NCBI GenBank assembly: GCA_030688315.1
Contig: JAUYIT010000037.1
Coordinates: 3,348 to 67,347, forward strand
Origin: Candidatus Komeilibacteria bacterium
GTDB lineage: Bacteria > Patescibacteriota > Patescibacteriia > UBA1558 > UBA10009
Direction of reading: 5' to 3'
DNA length: 64,000 nt
Below are positions 1 to 11,296 of this stretch, piece after piece. The notes under the pieces are model-generated. The model was not told where the DNA came from. It did not search any database and was given only the letters and a program-made list of their open reading frames with translations. The position numbers and the translations under genes are program-made. Numbering within the stretch: position 1 is the first letter of the stretch; each line of letters opens with the position of its first letter.

Positions 1-1381
<1,381 letters not shown>

Positions 1382-1798
1382 AAGATACGGCAGTTTTTTG
1401 TTTTATCTTTCAAGAGATCGAAAGATGTAAGATGGACGACCGTAATTAGTCCACCTTGATCTAAAGTAGAGCAAGCTCTGCTTTTAGAACACCCGACTAA
1501 TAAAAGCCGGGGTTTGGAATTTTCGGGAATTAATTGTTTCCTATCACTTTTTCAGCTGTCAAAGTTCATTTCTTCATTCACCCGCCTGGGCGAACAAAAA
1601 ACAGCGGGTTTCAATGGCTGTTTGCTTGTCGAGCTGAGCTCGATCGGGGGATTATCAAGTTGTACACAAGATTTCCAATACCCGGCCTGAAGTCATTAAA
1701 CACCTCTGTTTTTTGAAAAAGCTTAAATTTTTAAGGTTTTTTGAAGCTTTTTTATGGTTAAATTAATTATTTAGCCACTTTATGAAGAACGTGACCCT

Positions 1799-1827
1799 AT
1801 TTTAGTTCATCTATGAGGGATTGTCAA
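1799..1827 (-). promoter_or_regulatory. Candidate rRNA operon promoter TTGACA-N17-TAAAAT (minus strand)
   Basis: RC reads gggcTTGACAatccctcatagatgaacTAAAATagg, about 400 nt upstream of the 16S 5' end. Confidence 0.5.
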
Positions 1828-1975
1828 GCCCTTGCCCTAGCGGTCATTGCGAGGAGCGTAGCGACGAAGCAATCCCGATGTTTATACCAAGTACAGCGGG
1901 ATTGCCGCGCCCCTTTGGGGCTCGCAATGACGGTGAGAAGGCAAGGTCTTGCCCTACTTTACTTTTTGGCCGTCG
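1823..1975. repeat. REP/MITE-like nested palindromic element, copy 1
   Basis: Arms ...cttgccc-tagcGGTCATTGCGAGgagc / GCTCGCAATGACgg...ggcaaggtcttgccc flank a core GAAGCAATCCCG-atgtttataccaagtacag-CGGGATTGCcgcgcccctttggggc. Confidence 0.85.
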
Positions 1976-2895
1976 TAAATTTGACAAGCTTTATCCAGGT
2001 CGCAATCTTCAAAAGTAACCAAGGCAATGGCTTTACAGAAGTTAATAGCTTCAGACAATGGCTTTTGATGAATGTTGCGGCCGGTGGCATTGCCGACGGC
2101 GCCGCTAATGTTAATTTGTTTGCACAATCTGGCTAAAAATTCTTTGGGATCGGTGGTGCTGCCGCCGGCCGTAATTACGCCCGTGCGTCCAGCTGCTTTA
2201 ACCGCTTCTTTAAAGATCTCTTCCGATTCGGCGCCTGCCTGTTTGGGATAGTTAACTTTAACAAAATCCGAACCCAGCACGCAGGCCAGGCCACAGGCGC
2301 CGGCAATTAAGTGAGCGTCTTTTTCATCTTTAACTGCTTTGCCTCTGGGGTAAATCCAGAGCACGGTCAGTAAACCGTTTTGATGGGTCTCAAAAACAAT
2401 TTTGGCGGCTTCGGTAATCATCTGGTTTTCAAACTCACTGCCCAGGTAAATAGTGTAACCCACGGCCAAAACGTTGGCGCCATTCTTTTTTAAAGTCATC
2501 ACCTGATCAATGGACAGCCATTGACCGCTGATTGGATCCTGCTGATCGGTTTTAACCAAATGGGATTTGGAGTTAAGTTTGATGAGTAACGGTACTTTGG
2601 GGTAGCTGGGGGCGTAGCGGGCCGCGTAGCCGCCTTGCACGGCCAAACAGCTGACCGGCGATTTATCGGCAATTTTCCAAAGATGTTCCGGATCGGCGTC
2701 TTCCAAAGAGATTTCTTTGCCCCCATCAAAAAAGTCATCATTTAAATGTTCCACTTTTTGGTCGCCGGCAAACAGCATTACCCGGCCGGTGTTATGGGTA
2801 AAAGCCAGATAATTTTTGATGTATTCGGCGCGTTTGGTTTTAGGCACATCCAACGGAACCATAACGTCGGAAACGGTTAATTTTTTTAGTGTCAT
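1954..2895 (-). CDS. fba: Class I fructose-bisphosphate aldolase (DhnA/archaeal-type)
   Basis: 313-aa product resembles the DhnA class I aldolase family. Start chosen at MTLKKLTVSDV; the upstream ATG at 2934 lies inside a REP half-copy. Confidence 0.8.
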   Translation of the reverse strand: MTLKKLTVSDVMVPLDVPKTKRAEYIKNYLAFTHNTGRVMLFAGDQKVEHLNDDFFDGGKEISLEDADPEHLWKIADKSPVSCLAVQGGYAARYAPSYPKVPLLIKLNSKSHLVKTDQQDPISGQWLSIDQVMTLKKNGANVLAVGYTIYLGSEFENQMITEAAKIVFETHQNGLLTVLWIYPRGKAVKDEKDAHLIAGACGLACVLGSDFVKVNYPKQAGAESEEIFKEAVKAAGRTGVITAGGSTTDPKEFLARLCKQINISGAVGNATGRNIHQKPLSEAINFCKAIALVTFEDCDLDKACQIYDGQKVK

Positions 2896-2903
2896 ATATT
2901 TAT

Positions 2904-2956
2904 GGTCATTGCGAGTCCCGACTTTGCGTAGCAAACGTCGGGGCGAAGCAATCTCG
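2904..2956. repeat. REP-like element, half copy
   Basis: GGTCATTGCGAGtcccgactttgcgtagcaaacgtcggggcGAAGCAATCtcg shares the arm and core motifs of the REP family. Confidence 0.7.
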
Positions 2957-2978
2957 TTAATTTTAAGATTATGTTAGA

Positions 2979-3917
2979 TTAAATTTTGTGGTGAGTTTCA
3001 AGGAACCTAATGGTGCCGGTTTTAACGCGCATCACCACGGAATGGGTGATAATGTGGTTGGCGGTAACGCGGACGCCCTTCAACAACGGCCCGTCAATCA
3101 CGCCGGTGGCCGTAAAGGCCAGCTCTTCGCCTTTGGCCAAATCATCGGCTGTAAAAATTTTATTTAAATCCTTAAACCCTATTTGTTTAAGGCGTTCTTT
3201 TTGCGCTTCATCCTTGGGCCAAAATTTGGCCTGAAATTCACCGTCCATGCATTTAATGGCGGTTGATGCTAAAACTGCTTCGGCCGAAGCGCCAATGCCC
3301 ATTAATAAATCAATGCCGGATTCTCGTAAGGAAGGTGCAATAGCTCCGGCCACGTCGCCATCCGAAATCAACCTCACTCTGGCGCCGCAGGAACGGATTT
3401 CCTTAATCAACTCGTCATGTCTGGGACGATCCAAAACCATAACCACCAATTCGGAAACTTCCTTGTCCAGTTTTTTAGCCACTTTGGCCAGATTGGTTTT
3501 AACCGGCGCGTCCAAATCAATGGCGCCTTTGGCTTTGGGCCCGCAGGCGATTTTATTCATGTACATATCTGGCGCGTGGAACAAACTGCCGTGATTACCC
3601 GTGGCAATCACCGAGATGGCATTCGGCACGCCGTTAGCCACGCTGTCCGTGCATTCCAGGGGATCAACCGCAATATCGTATTGGTCGCCTTTTTTTGTGC
3701 CCAGTTCTTCGCCAATGTACAGTTCCGGCGCTTCATCTTTTTCGCCTTCCCCAATCACAATGGTGCCAAAAAAATCAATGTCGTTAAATTGGCTTCTCAT
3801 GGCGTCCACGGCCGCCTGATCGGCCGCTTTCCGGTCGCCGCGACCCATCCATTTAACGGAGGCCATGGCCGCCGCTTCGGTAACGCGCACAAATTCCAAA
3901 GCTAAGTTTCTATCCAT
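2979..3917 (-). CDS. glpX: Fructose-1,6-bisphosphatase class II (GlpX)
   Basis: 312-aa product with GlpX-family similarity along its full length (MDRNLALEFVRVTEAAAMA...DGDVAGAI...). Confidence 0.85.
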   Translation of the reverse strand: MDRNLALEFVRVTEAAAMASVKWMGRGDRKAADQAAVDAMRSQFNDIDFFGTIVIGEGEKDEAPELYIGEELGTKKGDQYDIAVDPLECTDSVANGVPNAISVIATGNHGSLFHAPDMYMNKIACGPKAKGAIDLDAPVKTNLAKVAKKLDKEVSELVVMVLDRPRHDELIKEIRSCGARVRLISDGDVAGAIAPSLRESGIDLLMGIGASAEAVLASTAIKCMDGEFQAKFWPKDEAQKERLKQIGFKDLNKIFTADDLAKGEELAFTATGVIDGPLLKGVRVTANHIITHSVVMRVKTGTIRFLETHHKI

Positions 3918-3999
3918 AAGGTTTGATGATTAAGATGATATCATTATATGTTTTTCAGGGTATTATTTCAAGTTAATAAAAAAAGGCCGTCTGAATGTT

Positions 4000-5418
4000 T
4001 TACCATTTAGACAGCCTGACCCTCCAATAGGCATAATAGCCGATGAATGAGTTTACCAGATCGGCGATTTCCTTAATCTGATTAGGATGAAGGCAATCTC
4101 GCAAAGCAATGATTTTGCCGTCTTGCCAGATTGGCCAATCCAGACCCGAGTTAAAGCGGGTAATGCTTTCGGTATGGTCAAATTTGACTGATCGAGCACG
4201 GACAAATTGATTCAACTCCGTTTGAGCGGAGAACTTGATCCAAGCCCATTCATCATCAGAAACCAGCCAGGGCAGAACCACTTTTTGTTCCGGGTAGATG
4301 GCTTTAAGAGCGTGTTCCAGATCTTCATCGTTCCAAGTCAGCAATTCCTGCCAGGTAATTAAACCTTTTTCGTAAGCCGGTTTTACCAACTGGCTGTGAA
4401 AGAAGTCCAGTGTTCTGGAGGCCGGGTTGCGGAGCAGTTCAGCGTGTTCCAGCGTTCTGGCTAAGACGAATAGAAACAGGCGTTCCGGATTTGTAAAAGC
4501 CAGGCGTTGATGGTCGTCCGAGAAGACAATATCCTCCCAAACATCCATAAATAGTGGGCAGGCCAGGCCAAATTTTCTCATCTCCCCATTAAAGAGTCCG
4601 CCCAGTTCATGGCAATCAAGAGCGGTGTAAGAAAGTTTATCGCAGATATCCAGCAGTTGCCCGAATAAGCCGCGATTTTTTACCCAGTCGCTGGCCAACT
4701 TTAAATCAAAGCCGAACTTTTCTTGCCACCTATCCGCCAGTTGCCAGTGTTTAAGCGCCCAGGCAAAGTTCTCTTCCTCATCCAGCGCGTAGGGACTGAT
4801 TCGTTTGACCGAATCGCCGCCGGCCGGTAAGGCAATATCGTGCGCTAGCACGGTTAAAACGATCGGCGCCCGATCCGTTGCTGAAAAACCGTTGCGGCCC
4901 AGAATCACTTCGGCCATGGCCGCCGCGATTAAGCAATGGGTGATGCGCTGGTGATTGAACACCGGCAAAGGCATGGTCGAAACTCTGTCTTTGTAGTTAA
5001 GGAACGGCAGAGTCAGGAACTGCAGTTGCTTGATCATCCATAATCTCCAAAAACCCGCGCATTCAGCTTCTTCAAAGACCCCTTGTTGATCAGGCATGAT
5101 CACAAAGGAGGTCTTGCTGAACGGTAAGCAGTGCTGTTCCGGGCCCAGCATATCGCCCCAAGCGTCAACTACATTGATGGGCCTGTCAGTCGGCACAATC
5201 TGCACTTCGGGGTGCCTGGGATCGATAAAATCGGTAAACGGCACGGTTTTACCTGACCAGGCCTCCCAAGATTCTTGGCCGGTTTTTGCCCGGGCCATGC
5301 CTTCATCAATTAGGATCAGGCGTTGGGGCGGCAAGCCCCAGCCACGAGGAGGGATGTCGTAATACAATACGGACATCACTTCCTTATGGCGTTTCTTAAG
5401 GTATTCAGTAACGTCCAT
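4000..5418 (-). CDS. HD-domain phosphohydrolase, function unknown
   Basis: 472 aa from MDVTEYLKK. H...HD...D signature (ITHCLIAAAMAE ... VLAHDIALPAGGD). SD-like AAGGAAAT lies 8 nt upstream. GC is higher than in neighbouring genes. Confidence 0.65.
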   Translation of the reverse strand: MDVTEYLKKRHKEVMSVLYYDIPPRGWGLPPQRLILIDEGMARAKTGQESWEAWSGKTVPFTDFIDPRHPEVQIVPTDRPINVVDAWGDMLGPEQHCLPFSKTSFVIMPDQQGVFEEAECAGFWRLWMIKQLQFLTLPFLNYKDRVSTMPLPVFNHQRITHCLIAAAMAEVILGRNGFSATDRAPIVLTVLAHDIALPAGGDSVKRISPYALDEEENFAWALKHWQLADRWQEKFGFDLKLASDWVKNRGLFGQLLDICDKLSYTALDCHELGGLFNGEMRKFGLACPLFMDVWEDIVFSDDHQRLAFTNPERLFLFVLARTLEHAELLRNPASRTLDFFHSQLVKPAYEKGLITWQELLTWNDEDLEHALKAIYPEQKVVLPWLVSDDEWAWIKFSAQTELNQFVRARSVKFDHTESITRFNSGLDWPIWQDGKIIALRDCLHPNQIKEIADLVNSFIGYYAYWRVRLSKW

Positions 5419-5628
5419 TGTATATTTCCTTGTTTGTGACGAGCTAATCACCAAAACCTTATTATAGCCTTGATTTTTTGTCAAACAAAAAATCCGCCGG
5501 CCTGGCGGTCTGTAAGGCATTATAGATTTATCCACCTTGACTTAATTTGCGAATGGTTTAAGATGTCGGTACAAAATAGGGTCAACAAGCTTTTTGCTTT
5601 TGGCCCTTTTATTATTCTATTTCAAAAT

Positions 5629-6186
5629 ATGTATATTTTTATTGATGAATCTGGTATCCATAAACCAGTCGGCCAATCAACGGTGGTTTTGGTTTATGTC
5701 GCAGTTAATGATGTCGATCGTTTAAGCGATGCCATTATTCAAGCCGAACAAGCATTGCGTATTGAACCATTCCATTGGAATAAACAGATTTGGCATGTGA
5801 GGGAGGCATTTTTAAGGGTGGTTTGCCGAGAAAAGTTTACTGTCAAAGCGGCAATTATCCAAAATCCTTTTAACGAAACGGCATTTGAGCAGGCGTTGCA
5901 TGATTTACTAACGGAGAAACGTATTAGAAATATAATTATTGATGGTCAAAAATCGGCTAAATACCTGGCCAGATTAAAAAATGTTTTAAGACATAGGGGC
6001 GCTACTGTGAAAAAGATTAGAATGGGCAATGATGTCGCTTGGCCAATTCTTCGTTTAGCTGATTTATATGCCGGTTTAATTAGATCTTACTGTGATCAAC
6101 TGGATAAGAAAGAAATAAGGATTTTATATAGTTTGGCTAAAAATAAAATAGCCACCCTGATTAAGGGTGGCCAGACTGCCGGCTAG
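5629..6186 (+). CDS. DUF3800-family protein
   Basis: N-terminal MYIFIDESGIHK matches the DUF3800 hallmark (y-iFiDESG). Start chosen at the internal ATG, in frame with the tracked ORF 5470..6186. Confidence 0.6.
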   Translation: MYIFIDESGIHKPVGQSTVVLVYVAVNDVDRLSDAIIQAEQALRIEPFHWNKQIWHVREAFLRVVCREKFTVKAAIIQNPFNETAFEQALHDLLTEKRIRNIIIDGQKSAKYLARLKNVLRHRGATVKKIRMGNDVAWPILRLADLYAGLIRSYCDQLDKKEIRILYSLAKNKIATLIKGGQTAG

Positions 6187-6272
6187 ATCCGATTATTCGT
6201 CGGAACTTTCCCTACGGGGATTTGTTGCCGGTGCCTTGTTATAAATTTATAATAGCAAAGGCAAGAAATCTG

Positions 6273-6698
6273 TCAAGGCCGGTATTTGGTTGAGTAACTT
6301 TCAAAAGCTAGAGTCAAATTTTCAATTAAGTTATATTTTTTAAAGTCCGTCGGATCAATCCAGAGATATTCCTCATGGTCTTCACTTAAAGTAACTTGAT
6401 TAGTCGTGCTTTGGCATTCAAAAAACATACCCACCACTTGCCATTGTTCATCATTAACGACTGGACGCCATTCGTTTGCAAAAAAGGGTTGGCCAATGGT
6501 GACCGTGAGACCGGTCTCCTCTTTAATTTCCCGTAATAGACTTTCGTCAAATCTTTGACCCGGCTTGATTCTGCCGCCCGGCACGTCAAACTTGCCGGCA
6601 TTGGTGCCGTCAGTGTATTTATTTGATTCCTTAATGATCAGAATTTTATCCTGATATTTTATAAAGGCCTTGGTGGCAACAAAAAGTTTTGGTTCCAT
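6273..6698 (-). CDS. NUDIX hydrolase
   Basis: Nudix box GGRIKPGQRFDESLLREIKEETGL. Start chosen at MEPKLFVATKAF; the longer ORF runs into GC-rich hairpins. Confidence 0.8.
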   Translation of the reverse strand: MEPKLFVATKAFIKYQDKILIIKESNKYTDGTNAGKFDVPGGRIKPGQRFDESLLREIKEETGLTVTIGQPFFANEWRPVVNDEQWQVVGMFFECQSTTNQVTLSEDHEEYLWIDPTDFKKYNLIENLTLAFESYSTKYRP

Positions 6699-6704
6699 AT
6701 TTTT

Positions 6705-6800
6705 CTTTTCGCAGAAGGGAGGGGCTCGGAGTTCCAAAGCCCGCCCCTCCCCATCTAGCACTTCCCACCCCGGCACGGCCTCGCCGGGGCGGTAATGGAG
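6705..6800. repeat. Pair of GC-rich hairpins (about 70% GC) between trmD end and the NUDIX start
   Basis: GGGAGGGGC-tcggagttccaaagccc-GCCCCTCCC and CCCCGGC-acggcctc-GCCGGGG. Neither is followed by a T-run. Composition is atypical for this genome. Confidence 0.5.
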
Positions 6801-6853
6801 AGTTATCACTTAATTTTATTATTCCGAATGTATTAGATAGTTTAGAAATAAGT

Positions 6854-7498
6854 TTATGACCTTTTCTTGCCCTTCCGCCACTTGTCTATCTCGGCGTGAT
6901 TGCCGGATAATAGAATTTCCGGAACTTTCCAGCGATTAAAGACGGCGGGCTTGGTGTATTGGGGATGTTCCACCACATCGGATAACTCGCCGTTAAAGGT
7001 TTCGTATTGCAACGATTCCATTTTACCAAGCACGCCGGGGAGTAGACGAGAGACCGCTTCCACGATTATCGCGGCCGGCAGTTCGCCGCCGCTCAAAACG
7101 TAGGGGCCGATGCAAATTTTGCCGTCAATCAATTTGTCTATCCGCGCGTCCACGCCTTCATAGCGGCCGCAGATTAAAATGATTTGATCCAGTTTGGCAA
7201 AGCTAGCGGACATTTTTTGGTTAAACTGTTGGCCGGCCGGGTCCATTAAAAAGACCTTTGATTTTTTCTTGCGCTTAAGGGCTTTCAGGCATTTGTACAG
7301 CGGTTCAATTTTAAAAATCATGCCCGGCCCGCCGCCATAAGGCGAATCATCAACCTTGTGGTGCTTATCGGTGGTATAGGCCCGCAAATCGTGGGTTTTA
7401 ATGGTAATCAACTTGGCCTTTTGCGCGCGCTTTAAAATTGACTCGTTAAAGTAGGAATCAAGGATTTTAGGGAAAATGGTGATAATATCGTATTGCAT
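6854..7498 (-). CDS. trmD: tRNA (guanine37-N1)-methyltransferase TrmD
   Basis: Full-length TrmD similarity (MQYDIITIFP...YEGVDARI...LSGNHAEIDKWR). Confidence 0.9.
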   Translation of the reverse strand: MQYDIITIFPKILDSYFNESILKRAQKAKLITIKTHDLRAYTTDKHHKVDDSPYGGGPGMIFKIEPLYKCLKALKRKKKSKVFLMDPAGQQFNQKMSASFAKLDQIILICGRYEGVDARIDKLIDGKICIGPYVLSGGELPAAIIVEAVSRLLPGVLGKMESLQYETFNGELSDVVEHPQYTKPAVFNRWKVPEILLSGNHAEIDKWRKGKKRS

Positions 7499-7568
7499 AA
7501 TGACATAATCATAACATAAGAACCTCACCGGTAAAAGTGAGGTTCTTAGATTGTAGATAAAATTGAAA

Positions 7569-7922
7569 TTACAATTTCAAATCGTCAACAACGGAGGTGT
7601 CAACATCTTCCATTTGGGTATCGCGGGGAGCATCGTCTCTCCTCATTCTGGGACCGCGGGTAGAACCTTCCGGTTCAAAGATTTTTAAATTGACTCTGGC
7701 GTTGTTTTTGGCGCCGACCACTCTTAACAAAGTGCGGATGGCTCTGGCGGTTTGACCCTGCCGGCCAATGATTTGACCCATATCGGTCGGGTCAACTTTA
7801 AGAGTCAACAGGACTCCCATTTCGTCGACCGTTCTGTCAACGCTGACTTTATCTGGGTTGTCAACCAAATTTTTGACAACATACTCCAGAAATTCTTGGT
7901 CTTTCTCGGACATGTTTTTCAT
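7569..7922 (-). CDS. khpA: KH-domain RNA-binding protein (KhpA/YlqC-like)
   Basis: KH motif IGRQGQTARAIRTLL. Position between rpsP and trmD is conserved. Confidence 0.8.
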   Translation of the reverse strand: MKNMSEKDQEFLEYVVKNLVDNPDKVSVDRTVDEMGVLLTLKVDPTDMGQIIGRQGQTARAIRTLLRVVGAKNNARVNLKIFEPEGSTRGPRMRRDDAPRDTQMEDVDTSVVDDLKL

Positions 7923-8066
7923 CTGTTAATGATTAATCCTTTAAGGCCGGATTTTCTTCACTGACTGGTGTGAGAAGGAAAGGCCGGCTGATTTAAAGAA
8001 CTTTTTGCAGTATAGCTTTTTTTAAAAGGGGTGTCAATCGGCCCGCCTAGACGCAAGGCTGGCGCA

Positions 8067-8489
8067 TTAAGCGGCGGTTTCAGTGGCCTCTTCCTTGGCC
8101 GGTTCAGCTGCTACTTCAGCGGGAGCTTCGGCTTTAACTTCTGGTTCGGCGGCCTTAGCTTTAGCAGTGTCTTCTTTGGCTTGGTCTTCGGCTTTGGTTT
8201 TGGCCATCTTGGCCTGCCTATCTTTGGAAACCTTAACCGGGTTTTTCTTTTTGCCTTCAATAATATTCAGCTTAACCAACAGGTTATGGATGCTGACCGT
8301 GGCCTGGGCACCCACCGAGAGCCAGTATTTAATCCGGTCTTCCTTAAGTTTGGCTTCCTTGGTGCGGGGGTTGTAATTGCCCAGCAGTTCAATGTATTTG
8401 CCCCAGGGATCTTTTTGCCTTTCGGTTAAAATCACCCTAAAGTAGGGCTGTTTCTTTTTGCCTGTTCTGGTGAATCTAATTGATAACAT
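8067..8489 (-). CDS. rpsP: 30S ribosomal protein S16 with K/A/E-rich C-terminal extension
   Basis: N-terminus MLSIRFTRTGKKKQPYFRV...YWLSVGAQ matches S16. The C-terminal ~55 aa are low-complexity. Confidence 0.9.
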   Translation of the reverse strand: MLSIRFTRTGKKKQPYFRVILTERQKDPWGKYIELLGNYNPRTKEAKLKEDRIKYWLSVGAQATVSIHNLLVKLNIIEGKKKNPVKVSKDRQAKMAKTKAEDQAKEDTAKAKAAEPEVKAEAPAEVAAEPAKEEATETAA

Positions 8490-8596
8490 CGTTGATTAAT
8501 TAAGAATAACATCCGCCTGATGGCGGTGAGCACTTTGCAGCATTGGGGGTATTATAATAAAAATGGGGAAAATGTCAAGCGTTTTATTTTAGCCGG

Positions 8597-11227
8597 TTAA
8601 GTTGTCTCGGCCACCTTTTCCGCTTCGGCTAAGTTGACCGAAAGCAGTTTGGAAATACCATCGGAACCCATGGTTACGCCGTATAAAATAGCGGCCTGCT
8701 GCATGGTGGCGCGGTTGTGAGTGACGCAGATAAATTGAGTGTGGGATGAAAGTTCGCCTACAATCTTAGCAAAGCGGATGGAGTTGGATTCGTCCAAAGC
8801 CGCGTCCACTTCGTCCAAAATCACAAACGGCGAAGGGTTGTTGGCGATAATAGCGGAAATCAGGGCAATGGAAGTTAAGGCCTTTTCTCCGCCCGAAAGG
8901 GTATTGATGGATTTTAATTTTTTGCCCGGCGGCGTGGCCTGGATTTCAATGCCGAATTCAATTTTTGGTTTGCGGCCGACGGTATTGGGCGGTTGATTAA
9001 CGGCTTCACCTTCTTCATTATTTTCCGCCAAAGCAGTTTCTTCGGTCAGCACCTTTTTTTCCAGCAGTAATTTGGCCTGCCCGCCGTTAAAGAGGATTTT
9101 AAAGTAATGTTGGAATTTTTCGTTGATTTTTTGAAAAGCACCTTCAAACTGGTCGGTAATTTTTACATCCAGATCGTCAATAATTTGCAAACACGAATCA
9201 ATGGCTTTACTTAAATCGGTGGATTGCTCTTCCAAAAAGTTGTAACGTTCGGAAACTTCTTTGTATTCCTGATCCACGCCCTCGTCAATACCGCCGATAA
9301 CGGCCAGCTGGTTTTTTAAGCGGGCAATTTCCAAAGATGCTTCATTTAAATTAATCGGCCGGGGATTGACTGTGGTAATAAAGTTGCCCGCCAGCTCCAC
9401 GGCAATTTCCTGCTCCAGATCCTCTTTTTTGGTTTCCAAACGAGCCAGCTCAACTTTGATTTCGTTAAGTTCGTTGATGTTGGAATTTAATTTTACTTGC
9501 AGATCGCGCAAATCTTGTTGCAGTTTGATAAACTTTTGCCGTTCCTGGTTTTGCGTTTCGGAAAATGATTGCAGTTTGATTTTGAGTTCGTCAATTTGGC
9601 CGTTGATGTTGGCCAAGGATTTTTCCAATTTGGCCTGTTGGCCGGTTAAAGCCGAGGCGGCTTCTTCTTTGTTCTGATTTTGATAGGCTGAAAGTTCGGC
9701 CTTGATTTTGCCGCTTTCGGTTAGGTTGCGGTTGGCGGCCTGCTCCAAATTGGCCAGCTTTTCTTTAACCAGTTCCGTTTTTATTTTTAAATCCTGAATT
9801 TCATTGACCAAAGAATCCTTGGCCGTAATAAATTCCGCCAGTTTTTTTTGCAGTTCAGACCAATCCTCGGTCGGTTTTTCGGTGTCGGTTTCGGCCAGTT
9901 CGTCCGCCAGCTCCTTGAGTTTGGTTAACAATTCTTGAGCGCGTTTTTTAATTTTTCCCAGTTCAGCCAAATCGCTGGTTTGCTCCACCAAACTGATAAA
10001 ATCCACCTGGCTTTGATACAAATGATTAAGCCGTTGTTTGATTTTATCGTAAGGCAGGGCTGACTGCTTGGTGCCTTGGTTTTGCCGCGTGAGCAGTTTG
10101 TTTTGCAAAGTTGAAAATTCTTTAAGCACTTCCGCCTGCCCGGCCAATTTTTCATTAAGCAGTTTAGCCAAGCGGTCTTTTTCGGCGGTGGCCTGATCGG
10201 CCTCGCGTTCCAGCGTTTGCTGTTCATTGTTTAACTCTTGGCCGCGGGCATTAAGCCAAACCAAATCCACTTTGCCGGCTTTGGTTAAATCCAGATCAAT
10301 TTTGGCTTTAACGCCGAAAAGTTCCTGGTTAAGCAGGTTGCGCTGGGAAGAAAGTTGATGGTATTGATCTTGCAAACTGCTGAATTCCTCGGCCTGGGTT
10401 TCTTTAAGCTGTTGTTGGTCCAGAATTTTTTGGCCGTTTCTTAAGTTTTCTTCCAGAGTTGAACGGTTTTTTTCGGAAAGTTTTAAACGCTCGTTAACCT
10501 GCGCCAGCTGTTGATCCAAATTAAGCAATTGATGGCTGTAGTATTCGGTTTGCAACACCGTCAGCTGGCCGGTAATTTCTTCCTTGCGTTCCAGTTTTTT
10601 AACCTGCCGGGTTAAACTGCGCAAACGCGGTTCAATTTCTTCCAACAGCTGTTGGGCCTGCTTTAGGTTTTCCTGACTGTGCTCCAGTTTTAAAGCGGCC
10701 TGATCTTTTTTAATCTGGTATTCGCGCACGCCGGTGGCTTCATCAAAAAATTCCTTGCGCTCGGTGGGTGAAGAGGTGAGGATGGAATCAATCATGCCCT
10801 GGCCGATAATGGAATAGTTGCGCTGGCCAAAGCTGGACTTAGCCAGAAGCAATTGAATATCCAACAGCCGGACTTTGTTTTTGTTAATCAGGTATTCGCC
10901 TTCGCCATCGCGGTAAATGCGGCGGGTTATTACCACTTCGCGGTAATCAACCGGCGCGCGGCCGTCTTCATTATTTAAAAACAAGCTGACTTCGGCAAAA
11001 CCCAAGCGGGCTTTGGCGGTGGAACCGGCAAAAATAACATCTTCGGATTTTTTGCCGCGCAAAACTTTTAAGCTTTGTTCGCCCAGCACCCAGCGGACGC
11101 TGTCGGCAATGTTGGATTTGCCCGAACCGTTGGGGCCTACCACGGCCGTTAGTTCGCGGTTAAATTCCAAAACCGTCTTTTCGGCAAAAGATTTAAAACC
11201 CTGAATTTCCAATTTCTGTAAATACAT
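8597..11227 (-). CDS. smc: Chromosome segregation protein SMC (compact, 876 aa)
   Basis: Walker A GPNGSGKSN at the N-terminus, long coiled coils, C-terminal LSGGEKALTSIALI ... ILDEVDAALD. Confidence 0.9.
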   Translation of the reverse strand: MYLQKLEIQGFKSFAEKTVLEFNRELTAVVGPNGSGKSNIADSVRWVLGEQSLKVLRGKKSEDVIFAGSTAKARLGFAEVSLFLNNEDGRAPVDYREVVITRRIYRDGEGEYLINKNKVRLLDIQLLLAKSSFGQRNYSIIGQGMIDSILTSSPTERKEFFDEATGVREYQIKKDQAALKLEHSQENLKQAQQLLEEIEPRLRSLTRQVKKLERKEEITGQLTVLQTEYYSHQLLNLDQQLAQVNERLKLSEKNRSTLEENLRNGQKILDQQQLKETQAEEFSSLQDQYHQLSSQRNLLNQELFGVKAKIDLDLTKAGKVDLVWLNARGQELNNEQQTLEREADQATAEKDRLAKLLNEKLAGQAEVLKEFSTLQNKLLTRQNQGTKQSALPYDKIKQRLNHLYQSQVDFISLVEQTSDLAELGKIKKRAQELLTKLKELADELAETDTEKPTEDWSELQKKLAEFITAKDSLVNEIQDLKIKTELVKEKLANLEQAANRNLTESGKIKAELSAYQNQNKEEAASALTGQQAKLEKSLANINGQIDELKIKLQSFSETQNQERQKFIKLQQDLRDLQVKLNSNINELNEIKVELARLETKKEDLEQEIAVELAGNFITTVNPRPINLNEASLEIARLKNQLAVIGGIDEGVDQEYKEVSERYNFLEEQSTDLSKAIDSCLQIIDDLDVKITDQFEGAFQKINEKFQHYFKILFNGGQAKLLLEKKVLTEETALAENNEEGEAVNQPPNTVGRKPKIEFGIEIQATPPGKKLKSINTLSGGEKALTSIALISAIIANNPSPFVILDEVDAALDESNSIRFAKIVGELSSHTQFICVTHNRATMQQAAILYGVTMGSDGISKLLSVNLAEAEKVAETT

Positions 11228-11296
11228 ATGTTGGAAATATTATATCATTTTAATACGGGACTGACAAAGGTTTTACGTTAATCAAAAAACGCTCCG

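Noticed and set aside
1813-2136. Tracked ORFs 1813..2136(+) and 1821..2018(+); similarly 55444..55641(-)
   Set aside because: They overlap REP-element copies. The shared peptide IPSTAGLPRPFG arises only because the repeat is translated in the same frame, and they lack expression signals.
5470-5628. Longer DUF3800 start at 5470 (MIFCQTKNPP...)
   Set aside because: The N-terminal extension is unrelated to the family's conserved MYIFIDESG start and overlaps the divergent promoter region. Internal ATG at 5629 chosen.
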